Origin: Callorhinchus milii
Taxonomy: Eukaryota
Direction of reading: 5' to 3'
DNA: 64,000 bases
NCBI RefSeq assembly: GCF_018977255.1
Contig: NW_024704746.1
Coordinates: forward strand, 43,400,001 to 43,464,000
In this document: positions 1-10,849 of the stretch, piece by piece
Position numbering within the stretch: the first letter of the stretch is position 1
Layout: every line of letters starts with the position of its first letter
The notes under the pieces: model-generated
What the model saw: only the letters and a program-made list of their open reading frames with translations
The model's database searches: none
What the model was told of the DNA's origin: nothing
Translations under genes and position numbers: made by a program

Positions 1-962
1 CTGTACAACAGCATACAATGAAACAAAATCCAATATCCTACATAATTATTAATCATACAAAAAGACTGCTTTTTAAACTTGATTTAATGTTTCCTTTATT
101 ATGGAAAATTCTTCAGTATTCTTGTTAAACACAGTTCTTTGCTACTTCTAATTTTAATTCGCAATCGATTCACTCTTAGTAGAATTCAATAAACATTGTA
201 GTTTGACTTGCTACCTTGTTAAAGACTTCGCCACAAAATCCCAATCTTACAGGTTGTTGTGACCCTGAAAATAAAATTCAAGCTAATTTTGAAAGTTTGA
301 ATGCTTTGAAAATGTTTTGGCTTCTTGTTTCCATGTGGCAAGAATATGGACTCCAGCAGTGCCCCAAAGCGCACTCTGGGGTCTCCAAGCCTGGTCTCTT
401 TCCAACCTGTGCCTAATACTTTCCGGAATTAGGGAAGCAGGAGGTGTCCCTCCAGGGAGAGAGAGCGCATTCCATTCCAACAATCTATCTCTGGGATTTC
501 CGTATGTAGGTGGGATGCATGGAAATCCCAGCTTGGTTTGGATACTCTTAAGCGTAGTGATGGGTTTCCACATGTGTCAGAAACCTGACTGACCAACAAA
601 AAAATCTAAAGGAAGGTTATCCAATGTGGACATGTCTAGTACATCTGCTCACAACATAGGCATGGGCCTGAGAGCAGTTAGCTAGCCTACCTGCTCTTTT
701 ATGTCAGATTGCCCTGTGGCACAGGAATATTGAAAGAGAGATAAAATGTATTGAATAGTTTTTAAATAATGGGAAGAGAAGTCAAACCAGAAGCTGTTCC
801 TGTTCTATGTGTGAAATTGAACCACAAACATATTTCTGGCTGCTTTTTCAGTTCCAGAAATGTATTGTATTCACGGCTGACATTTAAAAAAAACACAATT
901 ACAGTGTGTTATAGTCCAAGTTGAGTAATGTTGCAATTTTTCTCTTTTTTTCCCATTTTGGG

Positions 963-1155
963 AATGGCAATTTGCTTATTAACAACCATCGTGCTTTGGT
1001 TATACATGAGTGCAAATGTCTGTGGCCAGACACACCGCTTGAGTGCGTAATCTCTGGGAACAGGACGCTACAAAATCTTGAGGAAAAACAATGCAACCTC
1101 CACAAGCTTCACAGCCAAACTGCCGAATGTTATCAGCAGCGCAACAGATACAGGG
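963..1155 (+). pseudogene. PNPLA8: Decayed penultimate coding exon of a PNPLA8 (iPLA2-gamma) gene
   Basis: Translation [31 protein letters not shown]/(frameshift at ~1056)GTGRYKILRKNNATSTSFTAKLPNVISSATDTG is colinear over 65 codons with recalled human [37 protein letters not shown]...TSLKTKLSNVINSATDTE. A polypyrimidine tract precedes it but the acceptor reads GG (961-962); GT follows at 1156. Confidence 0.9.
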
Positions 1156-1620
1156 GTTTGTGGTTGCTTCATATTGAAATGTATTTAAAATGTATTGACT
1201 TGATCAACAATCAAACTTCCATGTCCAAAACAATTTCAAAGTGTGCAGATCACATTTCATCCAGCAATGTGAAAACAAAATTTTAATAAAAGATAACCAA
1301 TGGTTCAAGAGAAACCATGTAGCATAGACAGTTTATAAAATTAATGCACGTTAACTAATAATTGATAATATTAAATTTCAGAGCTAAATTGCACTGTCAA
1401 ATATGATTAATGAGAAAATTTCTGACTATTGTGACCTCATTTAGAACTGGTACAGATGTATGTTGTATCTTTGACGAACAAAGCATTGCTGATGCTTCAT
1501 CCACCTGATCTTTATTATTGACCGTATATACAATATATGAAGCCCAAGCATTCCACCCTCCCCCCACAACCCCCAGCCCCACTTGCATGTCCAATCTGCT
1601 ATTTGCCAATCAGATCATCC

Positions 1621-2216
1621 ATTTAATAGAGGTGTTCAACATTTTGAGAGGTTTTGATAGAGTAGATGGGGAGAAAATGTTTCCTCTGGTAGGTGGGTCG
1701 GTAACCAGTGGACACAGACTTATGATAATTGCCAAAAGAACCAGAGGGGAAACAAGGAGAATTTTTTATACCCAGAGAGTTATAATAATAATAATCCTTG
1801 CATTTGATATAGTGCTTTCCACATCTTCGAGATGTCTCAAAGCACTTCATAGAATATACTGTAAAGTGAATTGACTGTATTTTTGTGGGAGAAACGCAGC
1901 AACCAATTGCGCACAGCAGTGTCCCACAAACCGTCGTGGATTGAGTGACCAAATTATGATTGTTCTTTTTTCTTGAGGGATTATTATCAGGCATGTGGAG
2001 TAAGGAAACTCCGGGATTCGAACCTAGGTCTCTCGCTTGTTGAGTTGGTGGAGGTAGATTAGATAGTAGTTTTCAAAAGGGAATTGGATAAGTATTTGAC
2101 AAGGAAAATTTGCAAGGCTATGGGGTAAGAACGGTGGAGTGGGACTAGTTGGATAGCTCTTTTGAAGAGCTGGCACAGACCGAATGGTCTCCTTCTGTGC
2201 TGTAAGATTCTATGAT
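1621..2216 (+). mobile_element. CR1 LINE 3' end (ORF2 C-terminus + 3' UTR), split by a SINE at 1782-2040
   Basis: LIEVFNILRGFDRVDGEKMFPLVGGSVTSGHRL...FYTQRV is typical of the CR1 ORF2 end; the 3' UTR ends ccgaatggtctccttctgtgctgtaagattctatgat. Confidence 0.9.
1782..2040 (-). mobile_element. Family-A SINE (tRNA-Ala-like head, L2-type tail), 5'-truncated
   Basis: Closely matches the copies at 3704-4068 and 22673-22982; (TTA)n tail; B-box ggttcgaatccc on the minus strand. Confidence 0.9.
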
Positions 2217-2840
2217 ATCAGATAAGCAGAAAGAAGCACTTTCTTCTTCTCTGTGGTGAGCGTTCAGCAAGTGACAATTTGAACATTTGTTTCACCTTTT
2301 TGCCTGAGAACTGATCTAGCAATATTTTATAAAATCTCAGACTTGTATTGTAACATCACAGCTATCTGTTACACGTTGGCAAAGTTTCCATATTTTCTTA
2401 TTAAAAACGTATGTGCCATTTGCAAAATTTGAAGGCCAGTATATTTGAAAAAAATGTTTGATTGCAGGTGCAAGTTGTAAAAAGGAGGAACATAGGTATA
2501 GGAGGAAATGGTCAGAATTGCTCTAACCTGTGGAATTTTGAATGCCTGAAAGAATAGTACAAGTACAGAATGGTGGCTTTTAACAAAATAAATTGGATGG
2601 CATCTGGTATCTTAAATTCAGATCCTTGAGTTTGCATGGTTTTTGGCCTCAAAGTTGTATGTTTTACCAAAAAGGTGAAATCACGGAATGATGAAGTTCA
2701 CGCAGTGATACCAATGTTCAACATTTACTCAACCAGTAGAAATGTAACTTCAATAGGGATATTTTACGCAATTGATAATTTAGAGACCAAACATTTTTCA
2801 AGAAACAATTTTCTTCTATTTTTCTGTTACCCTCCCTACA

Positions 2841-2975
2841 AAGTGTATATTCTTGTATTCATTCAGTGTTTGTTTGTTAATAAAATCCGCCTGTAACTGG
2901 ATAATCTTCTGGCTAGGGCAGTTGAATCAAAGGAAATGAATAGAAGGCATACTTGAAGCCACAGTGTTTTAACAA
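2841..2975 (+). pseudogene. Possible heavily decayed PNPLA8 terminal exon
   Basis: After a pyrimidine tract: (E)VYIL... then VNKIRL*LDNLLA/GS*IKGNE*K, loosely resembling EVHIML...LDESRNEKLDQLQLEGLKYIERNEQK. The match needs several indels. Confidence 0.3.
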
Positions 2976-3702
2976 TCTCCTAATTCATTTTATTGAATTA
3001 AGTAATTCTAGGAATCATTTTACTGAATTAAATTGTTCCAGGAATCAAATGAGAGCATTTGTTCTGGTAATTGACACATCAGGCTCTCCAACAATAATGC
3101 TATCTTGGAAAAGCGCACTGCACAACACAGATGTTCTTTTCTAGATGAATTTTGAATTGATCAAAAACATAATAGGAAGTAAAGAACCACAATCTGATGA
3201 GGAAATGGAGGGGCTTTCCCTTAAATTAAATCAAAGGTCTAAATTGTCTTGTACAAGTGGTAGCAGAGTCCTTTTATTATTGACCACTAGCATGGTTTAA
3301 TTGGTGCAATGAGTCATTCAAATATTTTTACATGTCCCGTTTCAAACTGGCATCTGCAGGAGGGCATTGTAAATTAATTAATAGCCCTCCCTCACTGAAC
3401 ATATCAATAGTATGAATTTAAAAAATATATATTTTTTGAAAAAAACATTAAAGTGGAAGTTGGCATTAAAAGAGACATTTTACTACTGGAGTCAAACTGA
3501 AGAGAGGAAAGCTTCTCAGTCTGACAATTGCGAGTGTTGAGGAGGGACCAATTTGGGGGATTCTTGGCCAGGAGACCAGGAGAAACTCATCAACTGAAGT
3601 GTTTAATACATGGACAATTCTAGTACAATTTCAAAGAAATTTCAAGTAAAAGGAATAGTTTATGATCAGTTTTGAAGCTTTAAAGTCATGATTTCATGCA
3701 CA

Positions 3703-3703
<1 letters not shown>

Positions 3704-3741
<38 letters not shown>

Positions 3742-4068
3742 TATAATAATAATAATAATAATAATAATCCTTGCATTTGATATAGCGCTTTTCACGTCGG
3801 GAGGACGTCCCAAAGCGCTTCACAGAATAGACTGTAAAGTGAATTGACTGTATATTTGTGGGCGAACGCGGCAGCCAATTGCGCACAGCAATGTCCCACA
3901 AACAGTCGTAGATTGAAAATGACCAATTTATTATTGTTTTTGTTTTGGAGGGATTATTATTAGGCGTGTGGAGTAAGGAAACTTGCCCAAGGTTTCGCCC
4001 TGCCTGGAATTGAACTCAGGTCTCTCACTTGCAAAGCGAGTGCTCTAACCACTGAGCTACAGGACTCC
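3704..4068 (-). mobile_element. Full-length young family-A SINE with long (TTA)n tail
   Basis: Minus strand: ggagtcctgtagctcagtggttagagcactcgctttgcaagtgagagacctgagttcaattcc (A/B boxes, TGC anticodon-like loop), accttgggcaagtttccttactccacacgcct, then the tail ending atcaaatgcaaggattattatta. Confidence 0.95.
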
Positions 4069-4394
4069 ACAAAGTAAGTATGACTGTGAAGGACATCATG
4101 CAAAACCATACTATACATCAGGGAGCAGATGGTTCTGATATTAACGCTAGATTGCCTTGAGGACGACAATACTTTGCATTTTTTACCAAAGCTATTGCAT
4201 AAAACTATGCTCATTCATAGAATTGAAAGTGTTTTGAATGCTCATTAATAACCGATATAAATATGTTCCAGTGCAATAGTATTAATAAAACAATTTATAG
4301 TAAGAAACAGGACTCATACTTCAGATGTTGAAGCAGTGAAACAAACAAGACTGTGTGATATACTATTGGGGAGGAATTTCTCTCCATGTATTAT

Positions 4395-4580
4395 GGAACC
4401 GATTCAGTGGTTAAGTACAGTATTCTTTCTCTGGTTACTGGTTCCCGATCCAGTCCAGTCCCACAGAATCAAAAACTCTGATGTTAACCAATCTCAACCA
4501 AAATCTCAGTCAGAATTGGCTCATCACAAGCAGTGTACCTAATTTAGCATGAAATTGCCAATCTCACCCAAGGGTAGTTG
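4395..4580 (+). mobile_element. LF-SINE-like ancient SINE remnant
   Basis: ctctggttactggttcccgatccagtccagtc ... tctcagtc ... catcacaa ... ctaatttagca ... ttgccaatctcacc resembles recalled LF-SINE/MER131 blocks and shares motifs with 11555-11760. Confidence 0.5.
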
Positions 4581-5029
4581 GCTTGGGGAGAGGAAGTTTT
4601 CACACTGCTTCTCCTTATTAACCATCTCATCCATTATGCACCTTATCTGTGAGTAGATTACCTCCACACACCCATTTTATTCACTCTTGTAATTTTTGCT
4701 GCTGAAGAAGATCAGCAGTAAAATATTGGGTTTATTGAATATACAATTTGATGTTGTACTGGTGAGTTGTGTTGAATAGCCTACACTGTATACATTGTTT
4801 GTTCACCTACAAATAACATCACTGCACTTCACAGTAAAAATCCTGTGAAGCATTTTGAAACATTTCTTGCGTATGATGCCTTGGAAAGGCACAATAATAA
4901 ATGCCGGAATTGTTATAGCTTTGGTGGCCAAATGCCTTTTCTCATCTTTGGCTTGTCTTGCTAATGATAAGATTATTGACTTTGCCATCAACAATGTAAT
5001 GTAAGTTGCACATTAATACCAGCTATCAA

Positions 5030-5175
5030 CCTGGCTCAGTTGGTAAAATTCTGCCTCTGAGGCAGAAGTTTGTGGGTTCAAAGCCAATGATTGGACTTTA
5101 AACTTGCAGTTCAGGTTGATACTCCAAACAGTGCTGCATTGTTGAAGATGCCATCCTTTAGATGAAACATGAACA
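5030..5175 (+). mobile_element. Family-B (Deu-domain) SINE 5' part
   Basis: cctggctcagttggt...gcctctgaggcagaagtttgtgggttcaa head followed by gccatcctttagatgaaac core motif. Confidence 0.8.
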
Positions 5176-6337
5176 ACAAAGAATGTACAGCCTGGAATCA
5201 GGCCACTCAGCCAACCAGTCTGGGACAGTGTTTCCACTCCACACACTCCTTACTCCATCTCGTACCCTACTATTCTCCTCTCCCTCACGTGGTCTTCCTT
5301 TCGAATGCATTGATCATTGAAACTAATTATTATCCAATGTTTGCACCACTAAGGAGTCACCGATTAATAGCTTGATCAACAATTATTTTCAGGATGGTGC
5401 TTTGACGAGGAGCTCCCAGCTTCATTCTTGAATTCCATAACTTTTCACAAGGCTTTCCAACCCCTCATGCATTTGTTATTGCTCAGTTTGTGGTGCACGC
5501 AGAAATGAAAAACATCGGCATTTTGTAAGGTGACTGACAACTGATGCAGTTCGTCTTGTTACTAGGAGTTGCTTTAGGACCTTTTTAAAAGGGGCCCTGC
5601 TGTCCTGATCAAAGTGGATTTTTAATGATGAAGCTCTTCAAGTCGAGAAGCTGTGAAACCCATTTTTAAAACAGGCCAAAGCCATTCGAAAAAAAAATTG
5701 CGAATAAATGCGTGATTGTTATGGTTTGCAGCTTCCAAAGGTTATGATGCTATCAGCAGCTACAGTCATTCATTCCACTGAACTCAAATATGTTGTGTGG
5801 AGAAAAAAAAATCCATTCCCACCAAAAACATCTCAGAAACTCATCAAAATTATTTAGATTTGCTTGGAAAAAATATAATGCAGATTGAGTGCCTAATTTT
5901 ATCTGTCATCTTTTCCTGAATCAAATGAACTGCTTAACTAAGGACTGCAATTATTCAAAACAAATCATCGACATGTAATGCATGAGAAAGATTACAGTGC
6001 GATACTGTTGGAATCAGAAATATGTTATTGCTTAAATAAGGCGGTGATAGCGAATGCATCTTTCACTTCACTCTGTGTGACTCAAGCCACTTGAATATAA
6101 ATATAAAATACAAGTGACTTTGTTCAGGGGTTCATAATGTATAAATTCCAATCAATGGAATAAACTGGTCTTTTCAGATTTCAAGAAAGTGATTAACTCC
6201 ACTATTGACCATACTTTTGAATCTCGCAATAATAACTTTTGGTATGATCTGGTTATCTTAGCAAACAACAATTTAGCATTTCTACACCACCCTTCATCCA
6301 TGGTAGAGTTTTGGAGCCCATTATTGGCTGAAAGCAT

Positions 6338-6670
6338 CAGTGTGGCTCAATTGGTAGGACTCTTACTTCTGAGTCCGATGGTTGTGGGGTCAAGTTGCAT
6401 GTTGGGACTTTAATCTCAAACTCAAGGCTGACCCTCAGATACAGTGCTGAGGAGGCTGACCTGTCAAAAGTGAGGTCCATGAAATGGCAGACTGTTCAGG
6501 TGACGTTTTGAAAAGATTAAGAACATGTGACCAACGTCTGGGTCATCAATTCTCCAGATAAATGTGGTTATTCAATTCAGGACTGTTTGAGAGCTAATTT
6601 GTTACTGTTTTGGCTACAAAATCAGGCATTATGTTTCATAGACGCTTCAGTAAATACAAGGATTATTATA
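6338..6670 (+). mobile_element. Old family-B (Deu) SINE
   Basis: Degenerate head, core (ctgttcaggtg) and tail (aaggattatta). Confidence 0.7.
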
Positions 6671-7128
6671 CAATACAATACAAAATTACATTTGTATTGC
6701 ATTTTCACGTCGGGAGGATATCACAAGGAACTGGGACATCCTTATAAATATAATTATTCCCTGAATATCTGTTTACAACACCTCTGATCCTTGCAATGAA
6801 TTCAACTGACTGAGATACCCAGGATGTTTACGATTTAATGAACCTCTTGTTAATTTATTCTTTGATTCACGGAAGCTGAAAGACACAGTGCGATGACACC
6901 TTTTAACTGACAAGCACTGCGATCTTGCCTCTCTCACAGGTAGATCCCAAAAATTCTGTGTCTGATGTCTCTAAACCTTTTCCATTGGGAAAAGCCATCT
7001 GCTCCTTAATTCTACCATTATAAATTCAGAAGAGCACAAATCCAATCCAGTGACATGGTGAAAGCTGCCTTAGACCACTCTGAGAGGTTCGGCTGACTAT
7101 CTTGAGGGGAGGTGTGTAGTTAATAATA

Positions 7129-7607
7129 GTTATAATTGAGAAACAACATCACAATAACCTAGGATTCACAGTGCATACAGACAGGACAATCAGGTGCAAC
7201 AGGCCAGATATTATAAAGAATCAAATAGATTGTACATGTAGTATTGTTGATGTGCCTATCCCAAGTGATTATAAAGTACAAAAATAAGGAACTGGAGAAA
7301 ATCAGGAAATATATCAATCTACAAAATGAATGCGGACATATGTGGCAATGTAAAACAAACATAGTTCCTATAATTATTATCTACTATAATTATAATTATG
7401 GGAGCGTTACCCAGTAAACAAAATAACAACCTCCTGCAAAAATTAGCTATTTTAGGAAGCTCAAATATATTAAGAAAAGTAACATCTATTCATATGTCAA
7501 GTGGTAGAGTTTTTGGTCTAACTGACCCATCACTGAAAACCACTTCGAAACTATCTCTACAGAATGATTTAAACTGTAATAACACCATCATCATCATAAT
7601 AATAATA
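7129..7607 (+). mobile_element. 5'-truncated R4/Dong(Rex6)-clade non-LTR retrotransposon remnant: restriction-like endonuclease end + 3' UTR
   Basis: Across frameshifts: NNITIT*D/FTVHTDRTIRCNRPDIIKNQIDCTCSIVDVPIPSDYKVQ/NKELEKIRKYINLQNECGHMWQCKTNIVPIII...MGAL...LLQKLAILGSSNILRKV. Contains the PD-x13-D and KxxKY motifs; TAA-rich sequence at both ends. Confidence 0.85.
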
Positions 7608-7784
7608 CAGCAACAACTTGAATTTATATAGTGCCCTTCACACTCCTCACAAATTAGCACTCATTAATTTAGCATTTGGATGCCCTGAAATGCTTTATAG
7701 GATATATTGTAAAGTGGAGTGGCTGTGTATTTTGTAAAGCATTGGGTGTGTTTCTTGGACCTTATCTGTTGCTGGGTAAGATAC

Positions 7785-7935
7785 TGTCCATATGAAATAA
7801 CCAGAAGTGCCCGCAGCTCGAATGTAGCTCAGTTTGTAGATGACTCCAGTAAACAGGGAGAAGATGAGAGTTGCAGTGACATGCTGTCTTTTGTTCATGC
7901 AATGTTCAAAATGTGATGTTACTTTATATCTCACT
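7785..7935 (+). mobile_element. Decayed CR1 RT fragment
   Basis: NVAQFVDDSSK resembles SKFADDTK; a downstream NVQ(K)CDV resembles NVxKCEV. Confidence 0.45.
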
Positions 7936-8286
7936 GGTTCAGAGATGAGCGCAAGCCATATGAACAGTAATGAACGCTGATCAGAGCTGTGAAAAATTCC
8001 ACAAGCTCTGTGGAAGTGCAATAAGTACTCGGTGAGAAAAGAACCTTTTTACAGTGTGTCAATGTATGAGCAAAGCTCATAAATACTCCAGAGCCAACTA
8101 AAGTACTTTTAGCCAGCAGTAAAAATATAACTACCTGCGTATCAGCAGTTTGATGTTCTGCCTTCATTCAGCTATTGCAAGTTGTGGTCTGGCAAATCTT
8201 CTCTGCGTCAAATTGGTTATTCTGTTGTCCTTTCTGGCCTTTCTTGATTTGTTAGCTTTTCTTTATCAAACACTTGAGTGCTTTTC

Positions 8287-8670
8287 AACAACAATATACA
8301 TTTATATAGTGCCTTTCACATTGGAATGATATCTCAAAGCCCTTCACTCAGCTGACTGGGATCCCAAGCTTGGTGTGGGGGGGAAGCTAAAGATGGGGGG
8401 CAGTTGGGGAAGGAAGGTACCCGAAAGTGCAGTGAACAGCATAGACAAAAAGCTAGGTTTTAAAGGTGGAAAGGGAGGGTGAAGAAGGAAGGGAATGAGT
8501 TGAAGTTGCAGAGACCGGGAGCAGAATTGCTGGAAGCTCACCCACCGATGTTAGGGCATATCGGGAGGGGGAACATGAAGCTCGCCTGTGCTTGCTGAAC
8601 TGGTGAAGTGGTCAGTACAAGGGTGTCACAGAAGGACTCTGAGGTAGGTTGGAACAAGACTGTGGATGTG
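8287..8670 (-). mobile_element. L2 LINE 3' end
   Basis: (TTG)n-type tail, shared 3' stem-loop region and degenerate ORF2 C-terminus; matches the other L2 copies in the window. Confidence 0.8.
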
Positions 8671-9347
8671 TCTAACTCTCTGACTTTCTCTGTTCTAAAC
8701 TCTTGTGCTGAGTTGCAGTACTACAGTGTCTTGACCAAGTAGCTATTCTTAATTATTAGCCTTGATTGTGAGCATTGGCGGAAGGTGAGGTAGGACAAAT
8801 ACAAGACGAAAATTCTGAAATATCGCTGGTGCAAAATGTAGCTAGTGCGAATAAAAGTACAGGAGCACAAGTCGTCCTACAGTCAATGGTCTTGCAGTCT
8901 TTTTGAGCTAAGTCTTGGATATCATTTGCCTTTCTAAAAGAATTATTTAATCACCTGGTTAATTTTCATTTTGTGTTAATTCCTGCCACCAAGTCCTAAT
9001 GATGTTATTCTTTAATGCTGTTCTGCTATTGTTGCCGGCTGGTACGGTATAAACCCCTCAATTTAAACCACAGTTGTGTAGTTGACACTGAGCTGAACCC
9101 ATGAATAATCACTTGGAAATGGTGATAATTACTATCCAAAAGCAAGTGATTAGTCACGGGAGTTTGGGCACTAACAATATAAGGTGAAAGAGGTACTCAT
9201 TTCAATTTATCACTCATGTTTCACAGTACACAGCAGCACTTGGATTGTATTTCTACTTTGAGACAAGCCTTGGTTTCAGGACTGAAATGAAATGTTGTAG
9301 ATTCGTGGAAATTAACACAACTTGGCTTGAATACATTACCTGAACCA

Positions 9348-9640
9348 TTGTACTTATTTGACATAGTGCCTTTCAAGTCGGGAGCACGTTCCACTCCAAA
9401 GCGCTTCACAAGATATACAGTAAAGTTGAGTGGGCGAATTCGGCAGCCAATTTTGCCCACAGTGATGTCCCACAATTAGCCAGGAGTGAATGACCATTTT
9501 TTTCCATTTGGGAGATTGTTAGCCAGTACACTGAGAGAAACGCCTTTCTTTTTTCAAATAGTGCAATCTTTAACATCCATCTGAACAGGCACAGACGAGG
9601 AGCTCACTTCTTTGATTTATCATCTCATCTGAAAGACATG
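9348..9640 (-). mobile_element. Family-B (Deu) SINE, headless
   Basis: Tail plus core on the reverse strand (tttaacatccatctgaacaggca). Confidence 0.85.
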
Positions 9641-10849
9641 GAAGAAATTCAAACATTGACAGAATTGGGGTGGATCCAAAAAAAATCCTCCTCCTCACCT
9701 TAAATCTGCACAGTATACATGTACTGTCACAGCGATTGTATGACCTCTGGTTGAGCCTGCCTCTCCCAGTGTTCTGTAAGAAGCTTCACTGTAAATAATT
9801 CAGAATGAATGTTCTCCGTTCTTTTCGACAGGGAAATATTGTGGGAATTTGTGTTTGTTTACAAGGTTCATTTGTTTTTTTGTTCATTGTTACGCTTTGT
9901 ATGTTGAATGTTTACAATGTTTGCATTCAAGAAAAGTTTATTTAAAAAAGATGCATGGAGTTTGATATGGGGGTGTGGTGTGATGGTACCTGGGGCAGCG
10001 ATGAAGGGGGAACAAAAACACTTCCTCCTTCCCTCTCCCTGACACTCTATGTGCAGATTCAGCTGGAGAGAATGGCTTAAAAAGGTGTGTGGCTGTAACT
10101 GGGGTGTTTCCTGTCAAAAATATAAGAATTGCCATCATATTTAAATTAATTCAAAATCTCATTTAAACTACTAGTTAAAGGTACACAATTTCATATTATG
10201 TGATTTCCTGTTTCTAAGTGTAGAATACCCAGGAATAAAATAGCGCTGCTTGGACCCAAGGACTGTGTTTTCAGTGTCACAGAGCATGTTGGCTGTCAGT
10301 GCCTTTATAATGCCAGAAGCAAGTCAAGCAAAGAACACTGAATAAACAATAATGATAAAAATAATCCTTGCATTTGCGACAGCTCCTTTCACATTGGAAG
10401 GATGTCTCAAAGTGCTTCACAGGATTTGCTGAAAAGTGTAGTGACTCTTTATTTTGTAGGCAAAATAATAGTAATATCAATAATCTTTATATTTAGTACA
10501 GCGCTTTTCACATCGGGTAGACATTTCAAAGCAGTTCTGTAAAGTGCAGTGACGGTCTGTTTTGTGGGCAAACAATATAGGCCAATGGACTCCACAGAAG
10601 AGATTCTTTTAAGGATATTTCTTGCTGGAAGTGATCCAAGGCTTTAATTGTACCTTGGAAATTACACACCAAACAACTTGCATTTATATCGAGCCTTTCA
10701 TGTCTCAAAACTAGCACGTCAGTGACAAGGAAACTCTTGACAACAGTGTTTGCACCAAAATCTGCTAGTCAGAAAGAAAGAAAGATTAGCGACTTGTAAA
10801 ATATTGGGGATTATTAATGGTTGATACCACTTTAGTGATTTAAAGATGT

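Noticed and set aside
333-400. MWQ..DSSSAP as the preceding PNPLA8 exon (MWQAIRASSAAP)
   Set aside because: The flanks do not match and the spacing from the nearest acceptor is wrong; likely chance.
921-1286. 121-aa ORF as an intact gene
   Set aside because: It reads intron, half of the pseudo-exon, then out-of-frame sequence.
3995-4068. tRNA-Ala gene
   Set aside because: It is a SINE head: continuous with the SINE body, and the acceptor stem is not intact.
5392-5530. ttttcag|GATGGTGCTTTG as a second DGGL exon start
   Set aside because: Similarity ends after 4 codons and a stop follows.
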